A DNA stretch of 64,000 bases from an uncultured Bacillota bacterium (GCA_900544595.1 UQVQ01000002.1:75690-139689); one strand, 5' to 3'; shown: positions 40,796 through 48,566, counted from the first letter of the stretch. Numbers and translations: made by a program. The notes: generated by a model from the sequence alone, not told the origin.

Positions 40796-41316
40796 CCTAT
40801 CCCTCCAACACGACATTTGTCAATACTAACCCATTTGCATTATAGCATATAATCAAAAGATTATCTTACTAAAATAAAAAAATCATCAACTTGTGTTGAT
40901 GACCAAAAATTTCTTTTTTCATGCAACACAAACAATGGAGCTAAATCCCATATAATTGAGTTACATACTTATAATTTTATCTATCTGGACTGTAGACCCG
41001 AACTTATAATACTCTCAAGGAAAACGAATACTATAAGATTTATAAAATGTAATTATATTAAATTATGTGCATTAGTTGACCTTCTTACCTGATATCCCTT
41101 GAAATATCTCATCACAACTCTATTATGCAAGAATAGAATAACAAAAACAATATTTTTTGTCAAGTATTACAAGGATTTTTTAATTTTAATTTTTCATTCT
41201 ATTTCGAATATAGCGCTCTCGTGTGTTCATCATTTGAACACGCGGGAATATTTTTATGTAAAAAATTTACCAACTCCAAGAGTTCAGCGTTTGAACTCTT
41301 CAAAAAAATTTACAAG

Positions 41317-41376
41317 AAAAAATAACCCAACACTAGTTGAGTTATTTTCTATATAAGTTATTAAATTTAATATATC
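41317..41376. repeat. Left copy of a ~60-bp direct repeat (terminator hairpin plus 30 conserved nt)
   Basis: AAAAAATAACCCAACACTAGTTGAGTTATTTTCTATATAAGTTATTAAATTT... About 90 percent identical to 46787-46846. Confidence 0.8.
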
Positions 41377-41440
41377 CTCATATATTTAAGGACACTTTCA
41401 TTCAAAAATTTAAGACAGGAAATTGAAAATCAATAAATAA

Positions 41441-41626
41441 TTATTTCTTTTCTTCCCATTTAGAACAAGCTCCATTCATGCAACCTTGGTTTCCATTTCC
41501 TCTTGATTTAATTTTGCAAACGTGTGTGGAACCTTCCCATTTCACAGAACTTCCTTGTCGTTGCGAATTTCCTCCAAAATGCTGACAAGTACAACAACAT
41601 TTTTGACTTACTGGTGTTGAATTCAT
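41441..41626 (-). CDS. Small Cys-rich protein (61 aa, 7 Cys, CCCTC motif)
   Basis: AAGGAG RBS; 27 nt after the GmrSD-like gene. Cys at positions 10, 11, 12, 14, 37, 49 and 53. No family recognised. Confidence 0.5.
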   Translation of the reverse strand: MNSTPVSQKCCCTCQHFGGNSQRQGSSVKWEGSTHVCKIKSRGNGNQGCMNGACSKWEEKK

Positions 41627-41653
41627 TTTTTAACTCCTTTTAATATACATATA

Positions 41654-43516
41654 TTATTTTTTAAATATAAACTTTGTTATTCTTTCTGCCACATTATTTG
41701 TCTCATTTTCTATATTTCCTTTATCCCATATTGGTTTTTCAATATTTTTATATTTTATCGCCAAGTAAGACGCCATTGGGTAATGGCTGTCTGCATAACA
41801 AAACTTTCCATCTATTGAATGGTGGACTTTAGTTCTAAACCAATCGTTACTTATAGACCTATTTATTTTTTGTTCTAGTAATATCTTATTTCCTATTTTA
41901 TTTACTATTTCATCAAACTCGTCTTTATCTTTTATATTGGCATCAATTTGTATTGCATAAATATTATGTCCACTAGCAGGCATTATGTGCTCTATATCAT
42001 ATTTATCATTTAAACTAAATTCTAAATGTTTTTCCTTAGCAAAAATAAATTCATTTAAATATACCAATAAATTTTTATCATAATCAGTTATATTTAATTT
42101 TATATCTTCTTCTTTCCAGTTAGAACAAATATGATTATTAAAATCTTCTACTATTTCAGAAATTGCGATACTATTGTTTAAGAACTTAACAGATTCGCCA
42201 AATAAAAACGTTTTAAAATTTTTACTTGAATAGCCGGCATCAACCAATTCTAGAATTACAAATAATCTCAACATAGTTTCTGAAAGTAATTCAACATTAT
42301 TTTTATCCAAAATATGGTTAATAAACCTATTAAAATAACACCCTAAAAATAATTTTGCGTTTTCGTTGAATTTTAATAGAATGTTTACAATTGGCATTTC
42401 ACTAACTTGGCTCCAAATTTTTGCAAGTGCGAGCATCTCGGTACAAGTCTTAATAGGGTTATCTATCAATTCTTTGTTTATTGCTGTAAAATATCTTCTT
42501 ACTCCCGGCACTGTAACATCAATAGACCCTGTTGATGTAACTACTTCATTATTTTTAGCTCTAGTAAGATACATATATTGCATTAAAATAGAATCTATGT
42601 CTAATATATTTTTTGCTGATAAAGCGTTCACAACATCCAATAATTCTTTCCAAATGTTAGAAAATTCACCATCTTTATTTAATCCTTTAGAAGTTGCGAA
42701 CAATTTTGCCGAAATTATATCCGCATCGCTTAATGGCATACCATCTGAGTTAAGAGAATTAAACATTGTTATAGCTTGTTCAATATTCCAACTTTTAATT
42801 TCAATGACTTCACATTTTTCAATTATAGTTTTTGCTATATTATTTACTTGACTACTATCTAATTCTTGTAATTTACCATAGAAAAACTTAAAATTTTTGA
42901 AAAAATTAGTATATATATTATCTTTTTGTTTATATTTTATTTTAAATACTTCGCGTTGTGCATCATCGTAATCTACAGCCTGCAGTATCCTATTTAACTC
43001 TTTTTTATATTCATCATTTTCATTATTTGATTTATTGATAAGAATATTTAATTGACTATAAAGTTTTTTATCTTCTTCTACATTTGGTTTTTCAGAAACA
43101 TCTTCAACTTCAGCATTATATAAAATATTTAAAATGGTTTTTCTACGATCTTTTAAACCTCTTAACAAACTACTAGACTCTTCATCATTTTCGCTAATTC
43201 GGCTAAGTAGATTATTAATATTTATCAGTAAAGCTTTCAGTAATAGTAAAAATGTAGTTGTTCTTTGTTGTCCATCTATTAGTTCATATAATGTATCTTT
43301 ATCATTACAACTAATAATGATTGTTCCAAAGAAATAATTATCTTTACCTTTGTTCTCTTTCTCTGAAAAATCGACAATATCTTGCCAAAGTTTATCACAA
43401 TTTTCAATTCCCCAAGAATATGGTCTTTGATATTCTGGTATTACGAATACTGCATCATCATCTAACTTTAAATATTCTCCAATTTTTCTTAATTTTGGTT
43501 CTATGTTTTTTGCCAT
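41654..43516 (-). CDS. GmrSD-family type IV restriction endonuclease (DUF262 + DUF1524)
   Basis: N-terminal IPEYQRPYSW and DGQQRTTT (DUF262/ParB-like NTPase). C-terminal DIEHIMP ... IGNKILLEQKINRSISN (DUF1524 His-Me finger). Confidence 0.85.
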   Translation of the reverse strand: MAKNIEPKLRKIGEYLKLDDDAVFVIPEYQRPYSWGIENCDKLWQDIVDFSEKENKGKDNYFFGTIIISCNDKDTLYELIDGQQRTTTFLLLLKALLININNLLSRISENDEESSSLLRGLKDRRKTILNILYNAEVEDVSEKPNVEEDKKLYSQLNILINKSNNENDEYKKELNRILQAVDYDDAQREVFKIKYKQKDNIYTNFFKNFKFFYGKLQELDSSQVNNIAKTIIEKCEVIEIKSWNIEQAITMFNSLNSDGMPLSDADIISAKLFATSKGLNKDGEFSNIWKELLDVVNALSAKNILDIDSILMQYMYLTRAKNNEVVTSTGSIDVTVPGVRRYFTAINKELIDNPIKTCTEMLALAKIWSQVSEMPIVNILLKFNENAKLFLGCYFNRFINHILDKNNVELLSETMLRLFVILELVDAGYSSKNFKTFLFGESVKFLNNSIAISEIVEDFNNHICSNWKEEDIKLNITDYDKNLLVYLNEFIFAKEKHLEFSLNDKYDIEHIMPASGHNIYAIQIDANIKDKDEFDEIVNKIGNKILLEQKINRSISNDWFRTKVHHSIDGKFCYADSHYPMASYLAIKYKNIEKPIWDKGNIENETNNVAERITKFIFKK

Positions 43517-43525
43517 AATCTTCTC

Positions 43526-44506
43526 CTATTCATATCTTTTGTTTATTTGTTTGACTATTTCTTTTATCTTATCCCTTGTGTCTTTTGGGGATAAAAGTTC
43601 TATATCTTCACCATATTGTAAGCACCAATAGATAAGTGAAGTTTCGTTTGCTGTTATATCTGCAAATATTGAGTTTTCTTTTTCATAAAGACTAGCATTT
43701 TTACCAAACCATTCTTCAACATAATTTGCAGCTTCTTCTCTATGAATTTTTACTGTCGCATTTATCGTTTTTGTCGCAAACATATAAATGTTTTCATTTA
43801 CATATTTTGCAATATCTAATCCATTTTCAAAACCTTTAACTTGCGTTACTGGTTTTATTGGTGTGTCTAAAATTTTAATGTTATGTATTCTTTCAAGCTT
43901 GTAGTTTCCTATTTCATCAAAATAATCATAATTACAAACTAAAAAATATTTTCCTTGATTATTTATTAGGCAATATGGGTTAACTTTATAGGGGTGCTTT
44001 TTTGTATTATTGTTTTTATATCCATTTCTAATATAATCAAACTCAATCTGTCTGTTATTTTCAATAGCTTCGTTAATTATATCAACATTATAAAATAGTT
44101 CTTTACTATCAGTTCTATTGAGTTCATCTGCTTTATACACATATTTGTATTGTTTTCGCTGATAAACACTTAAAAATTCTGATAGTTTTTTCGCAAGTTC
44201 TCTTGATTGCTTACTATTTATGCTTTTACTAGAAAATACAGCATCAACCAAAAACCTAATTTCACTTGGCTCAAACTCTCTACTAGCCAGATATGAGCCA
44301 GCATTTGTTTTGACAATGTCATAACCAAAATCTATCAAACTATCAATATTTGTGGCAATAGACTTTCTTTCACAAGTCATTCCATAAATATTGTTTATTT
44401 TAATAACTATATCATTTTGAGATAATAAATGATTTTCATCACTATAATCTCTTAACACTTGTAATGTGTATAGAATAGATAGTTTTTTATTTGATGATGA
44501 TGGCAT
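43526..44506 (-). CDS. WYL-domain transcriptional regulator (BrxR/CapW-like)
   Basis: N-terminal wHTH (LSILYTLQVLRDYSDENHLLSQNDIV...RKSIATNIDSLIDFGYDI). Central WYL-type segment (KVNPYCLINNQGKYFLVCNYD....YKLERIHNIKILD). Confidence 0.8.
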   Translation of the reverse strand: MPSSSNKKLSILYTLQVLRDYSDENHLLSQNDIVIKINNIYGMTCERKSIATNIDSLIDFGYDIVKTNAGSYLASREFEPSEIRFLVDAVFSSKSINSKQSRELAKKLSEFLSVYQRKQYKYVYKADELNRTDSKELFYNVDIINEAIENNRQIEFDYIRNGYKNNNTKKHPYKVNPYCLINNQGKYFLVCNYDYFDEIGNYKLERIHNIKILDTPIKPVTQVKGFENGLDIAKYVNENIYMFATKTINATVKIHREEAANYVEEWFGKNASLYEKENSIFADITANETSLIYWCLQYGEDIELLSPKDTRDKIKEIVKQINKRYE

Positions 44507-44521
44507 ATATTCTCCTTAATG

Positions 44522-44842
44522 TCAATTGGTTCTATAACCACTTCTTCTTAATGTTTCTTGTAATTTTCTTTTGAATTCTCTTTCATCAACCATATCATCA
44601 AGTTTATAATCAAATCTTGCGCCATTGTAACTTGATGAAGAACGAACATCTTTTGCTCCAGCAGTAGATAAAAAGTTTTGTATCTCTTTTTCAGGGTCAG
44701 CACATTTAATTGTATATCTTACTTCGATTTCGCCACCACAACTTCTTCTTATATAAATATTTCTTGCTCCGCTACGCGAAAGTTGTTCTTTAATTTCATT
44801 CTCTGGTTTTTTAAATTCTACATTAATGTTTGAATATTTCAT
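44522..44842 (-). CDS. Hypothetical 106-aa protein with an internal triplication
   Basis: AAGGAG RBS. The three units are PENEIKEQLSRSGARNIYIRRS / PEKEIQNFLSTAGAKDVRSSSS / DEREFKRKLQETLRRSGYRTN. No family recognised. Confidence 0.5.
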   Translation of the reverse strand: MKYSNINVEFKKPENEIKEQLSRSGARNIYIRRSCGGEIEVRYTIKCADPEKEIQNFLSTAGAKDVRSSSSYNGARFDYKLDDMVDEREFKRKLQETLRRSGYRTN

Positions 44843-44885
44843 TTTAATTTCTCCTTTATAATAACATATTTCTTTTTATTTTGTT

Positions 44886-46151
44886 TTAATTTTTTATAAT
44901 TTTTTTTATATCTTCTGAAATTAGCAACTTTTTCTTGTTTAATTCACTTGCTAGTTTGTCTAATGTGCCACGATTTTCAATTAGTATTTGTTTTACTTGT
45001 GCATAACTCTTTTCTAATTCATCATTAATGGATTTGTTTTGAAAAAATTTTTGCAATTCAGACACTTCGAAAGAAAAATACGAAGAACATTTGTCAAATC
45101 CATTTCCAGCATATTCAATGATAATTCTTTTTACCACTTCGACAGCTCTTTCAATATCTGATGAACAGCCAGCATCAAGTGTGCCGTATTTTATTTCAGT
45201 GGCACATTTTCCACCAAGCAAACATAATACTCTATTTTTCATGGATTTAACAGACTGCCAATAGCTTTCATCTCTGTAATATGCTGTAAAGCCACCAATT
45301 GATGAACCTTCATGCCCACCAATAGAAATCATTGTTACACTTTCTGGTTCCAAAATTTCGGCAATCAAAGCATGCCCAGCTTCATGATAAGCAGTTTGTT
45401 CATTGTCCTCACAAGTTCCATTTTTTATTGTTTCAGGAGCATTGTAAATAGTTCTAATACAAGCTCTTATAATATCATCAAACTCAATTTTATCTTTATT
45501 CTCAAATCCCGCATAAATTCCAGCTTGGTTTATTATTGTTTCAAGTTCCGCACAAGACCTGCCATTTAAAATTCGTGCTAACTGCTTAACATCTAGATTA
45601 GCAACTGCATTCTTTCCACTAAGGTAATGCTTGATTATCATTTCAGCATCTATCCCTTTTGGTGCTTTGATTTCAATACTAGTATCAAACCTTCCAGCTC
45701 TTAGCAAAGAATCAGGGACTAAACACAAATCATTTGCGGTTGCAATCACAAATACTTCAGAAGATTTAACATCATCAATACACGATTGAATAGTTACATA
45801 TTCTTCTGCATTCTTATGGTCTTTGTCTTCGTTTGCAAACTTATCAAAATCATCTAACAAAACTAATGACGGAGCATTGTTTTTTGCATCTTCAAAAGTT
45901 TTTTTGATGAATTTAATAAATTCATCATCTGGCAAATTTTTTCTGCAAACATAACATTTTTTACCACATTCTTCAATAAACGAATTAGCAATCAATGTTT
46001 TGCCTACACCGGGTTCTCCATAAAGTAATAAACCTTTTGGAATTTTGACACCCAATTTTTGATACTTATCACTATTTTTTATTACATCACAAATTCTTGC
46101 AATTTCTAACTTAATAGCATCATATCCAATAACCTTTTCAAAACCATTCAT
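44886..46151 (-). CDS. Soluble FtsH-like AAA+ ATPase / M41 zinc metalloprotease (no transmembrane region)
   Basis: Collinear with the FtsH cytosolic part: KIPKGLLLYGEPGVGKT (Walker A), LVLLDDFD (Walker B), VIATAN (sensor 1), LLRAGRFD (Arg fingers), AYHEAGHALI (HExxH), GCSSDIERA (third-ligand region). The ORF starts directly at the AAA module, with an AGGAGG RBS. Confidence 0.8.
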   Translation of the reverse strand: MNGFEKVIGYDAIKLEIARICDVIKNSDKYQKLGVKIPKGLLLYGEPGVGKTLIANSFIEECGKKCYVCRKNLPDDEFIKFIKKTFEDAKNNAPSLVLLDDFDKFANEDKDHKNAEEYVTIQSCIDDVKSSEVFVIATANDLCLVPDSLLRAGRFDTSIEIKAPKGIDAEMIIKHYLSGKNAVANLDVKQLARILNGRSCAELETIINQAGIYAGFENKDKIEFDDIIRACIRTIYNAPETIKNGTCEDNEQTAYHEAGHALIAEILEPESVTMISIGGHEGSSIGGFTAYYRDESYWQSVKSMKNRVLCLLGGKCATEIKYGTLDAGCSSDIERAVEVVKRIIIEYAGNGFDKCSSYFSFEVSELQKFFQNKSINDELEKSYAQVKQILIENRGTLDKLASELNKKKLLISEDIKKIIKN

Positions 46152-46359
46152 ATAATACCTCCTTTGGTTTTCAATTGCATTATACCAAAATGGGTGTACT
46201 AAAAATCGGACAACGATAATGAATTTTTATTTTTTTCGATAACACCTCCTAATCAAAATTTTTCAACACTACATATGTAATGTTTGAATAGTTAGTATAA
46301 ACTGCATAATTTGAGAGAATAATTAACTTAAATTATATTAATCGCGCAAACATTATACC

Positions 46360-46430
46360 ATAACTGATTGAATAATTATATCATTTTGTCAAAGATTTAC
46401 AAATTTTATAATAATAGCTCAATCAGTTAT
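46360..46430. promoter_or_regulatory. 12-bp perfect inverted repeat pair bracketing the putative XRE-gene promoter (candidate operator)
   Basis: ATAACTGATTGA (46360-46371) and TCAATCAGTTAT (46419-46430), with TTGTCA ... TATAAT-like boxes between them. Confidence 0.4.
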
Positions 46431-46471
46431 TTTACATACTCGTTTTAAAATATATGTAAGGAGCAATCATT

Positions 46472-46786
46472 ATGGAAAAAATCACTTATGACGATGTTAT
46501 AACTAGAATGGGGTATTTTAGAAATAAGGCAAATTTGTCTATGAGAGAAACCAGCTTGCAACTAGGATACAACCCACAATTTATGTCCACAATTGAGAAT
46601 AAAACAATAAAATTAAAGGTAAAAACTCTTTTGGAATTTTGTGACCTAGTAGATATTACTCCACAAGATTTTTTCTATATGGGGGAACACTATAACAAAG
46701 AAGATAAAAATGTTTTAGATTTATATAACCATTTAACAGATGATAATAAACAAACAATATTAGATTTAATGAAAAAGTTGAAATAA
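46472..46786 (+). CDS. XRE-family helix-turn-helix transcriptional regulator
   Basis: LSMRETSLQLGYNPQFMSTIENKTIKLKVKTLLEFCDLVDITPQDFF is a typical Cro/C1 HTH. Divergent from the FtsH-like operon. Confidence 0.8.
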   Translation: MEKITYDDVITRMGYFRNKANLSMRETSLQLGYNPQFMSTIENKTIKLKVKTLLEFCDLVDITPQDFFYMGEHYNKEDKNVLDLYNHLTDDNKQTILDLMKKLK

Positions 46787-46846
46787 CAAAAAATAACTCA
46801 ACAAAAATTGAGTTATTTTCTATATAAGTTATTAAATTTTATTTAT
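46787..46846. repeat. Right copy of the ~60-bp direct repeat; also a bidirectional terminator
   Basis: AAAAAATAACTCAACAAAAATTGAGTTATTTTCTATATAAGTTATTAAATTT... Perfect stem AATAACTCAA / TTGAGTTATT at 46791-46816. Confidence 0.8.
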
Positions 46847-46862
46847 CTCTTATACTGAGATT

Positions 46863-47234
46863 TTATAAATTCACCATAATACTTTTTACTCTTGGCATAA
46901 AAACATTGTATATATTCACAAGTTCGTTTGCCACCTTTTCTACATCAAGGTCAAAATCATAATTTGTATAGTTTGTTGTATCAAATCGTGGGTCGTTTAA
47001 TCGGCGAGGGCTTGGTTTTTTGTAATACTTTCCAAATCTACCAATTCTTGTTGCTATTTTTTCGTTATTTCTATCCCAAATAAGTTCATAACCAATTTCG
47101 TTTTCAATCTCTTTTTTATGCGAATAAAGTCTGTCATAAATAGTTTTTGCGGCTATACTTGGAAAAAAAACGCAAATATCTTTTAAATATCCACTTACAA
47201 CTCTTGTGTTTACCATAATTTTATTGAATGACAA
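46863..47234 (-). CDS. DUF4268-like protein, tandem copy A (possibly degenerate)
   Basis: KKEIENEIGYELIWDRNNEKIATRIGRF pattern (E.elG..L.W.r...k..RI), typical of DUF4268 by recollection. About 85-90 percent identical to copy B. Confidence 0.45.
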   Translation of the reverse strand: MSFNKIMVNTRVVSGYLKDICVFFPSIAAKTIYDRLYSHKKEIENEIGYELIWDRNNEKIATRIGRFGKYYKKPSPRRLNDPRFDTTNYTNYDFDLDVEKVANELVNIYNVFMPRVKSIMVNL

Positions 47235-47320
47235 ATCACTTGTTTTACGAACATCAAAATGCTCGCAATTATTTTTATATTTTACAAAGAAATCAGGGTA
47301 ATTTTCTTTAAAACATTGTG

Positions 47321-47755
47321 CTAATTTATCAAAGAAACTCTTCTTATCTTTTCTTTATCTCTCATTTCAGAAACCTCTATTCCTAAAATACTTTTTACTC
47401 TTGGCATAAAAACATTATATATATTCACAAGTTCGTTTGCTACCTTTTTCACATCAAGGTCAAAATCGTAATTTGTATAGTTTGTTGTATCAAAACGTGG
47501 GTCATTTAATCGGCGAGAGCCTTTTTCTGTATAATACTTTCCAAATCTACCAATTCTTGTTGCTATTTTTTCGTTATTTCTATCCCAAATAAGTTCATAA
47601 CCAATTTGTTTTTCAATCTCTTTTTTATACAAATAAAGTTTGTCGTAAATAGTTTTTGCATCTTTATCTCCAAGATACACACAAATATCGTGCAAACAAG
47701 CATAACGGTCAACTCTTACATTTACCATAATTTTACTAAATGTCAAATCGTTCAT
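47321..47755 (-). CDS. DUF4268-like protein, tandem copy B
   Basis: Same family pattern as copy A. Its frame is open upstream to the stop of the preceding 200-aa ORF, and it runs into copy A before a 1-nt deletion shifts the frame. Confidence 0.45.
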   Translation of the reverse strand: MNDLTFSKIMVNVRVDRYACLHDICVYLGDKDAKTIYDKLYLYKKEIEKQIGYELIWDRNNEKIATRIGRFGKYYTEKGSRRLNDPRFDTTNYTNYDFDLDVKKVANELVNIYNVFMPRVKSILGIEVSEMRDKEKIRRVSLIN

Positions 47756-47893
47756 TTTGCGAATATCAAAATGCCCGCAATTATTTTCATATTTTACAAC
47801 AAAATCAGAGTTGTTTTCCTTGAAATATTGTGCTAATTTATCAAAGAAATCTCTTCTTATTTTTTCTTCATCTCTTATTTCAGAAACCTCTAT

Positions 47894-48496
47894 TTATAAC
47901 TCTGGACATATTTTTTCCAATTTTGAAGAAGCTGTTATACCGTGTGGATTTGTTTGTATATCGTTTAAATCTTCATTTTCTCTGTCGTAAATTTCTATAC
48001 CACAATCTTCATATGCTTTTAGCGGATTTTCACGATGTTTTCTGTATCCTAGTGCGTTTAGTTGATTGTTTTCATCTTTTGTTATCCAACAAAGTCGTTG
48101 CTTTGAAATAAGTTCTTTGATTTTTTCAACATCAAGTTTTCCTTCTTTGCAAAGTTTAAGCAGTTTGGTTTTAAAATCAAAAGCAGTCGTCATATGTTCG
48201 TCTACAAAATGTTGATGAACAACTATTTTTGTCCCACCATTTGTTTTAACTGAACTCAACCAATCAAAATCCCTTATGTCTTTGCCTGTCAAACCATAAA
48301 ACTCGTTGTAAGCTTTTACACTTGCTAAATGTTTTGGAAATTTTGATAAAACCCACTCGTCGTGACTTGCTCTATCAAATATCCACTTGTTCGCAACTGT
48401 TGGATTATGAACCATTGCTTGGGTATAATCTAGTAGCATTTTGCACCAAGTATCAAAATCCTCTTCTTTATTCATAAATTTTTCGTTCGTATTCAT
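47894..48496 (-). CDS. Hypothetical protein (200 aa)
   Basis: AGGAGG RBS before the ATG at 48496 (MNTNEKF...). No family recognised. Confidence 0.5.
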   Translation of the reverse strand: MNTNEKFMNKEEDFDTWCKMLLDYTQAMVHNPTVANKWIFDRASHDEWVLSKFPKHLASVKAYNEFYGLTGKDIRDFDWLSSVKTNGGTKIVVHQHFVDEHMTTAFDFKTKLLKLCKEGKLDVEKIKELISKQRLCWITKDENNQLNALGYRKHRENPLKAYEDCGIEIYDRENEDLNDIQTNPHGITASSKLEKICPEL

Positions 48497-48566
48497 AATT
48501 CTTTCCTCCTTTTTGTATATGAAATATGTTATAAAAATTCTCAATTAAAACAAGTAAATTATTTTA

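Larger units (their letters stand above)
46863..47893 (-). repeat. Tandem duplication, two ~510-bp units
   Basis: CTTTTTACTCTTGGCATAAAAACATT recurs at 46881 and 47391. CAGAAACCTCTATT recurs at 47368 and 47881. The units are collinear throughout. Confidence 0.8.

Noticed and set aside
41099-41356. 85-aa plus-strand ORF in the gap between the defence gene sets.
   Set aside because: It has no RBS, runs through two palindromic hairpins and the 60-bp repeat/terminator, and has a non-protein-like composition.
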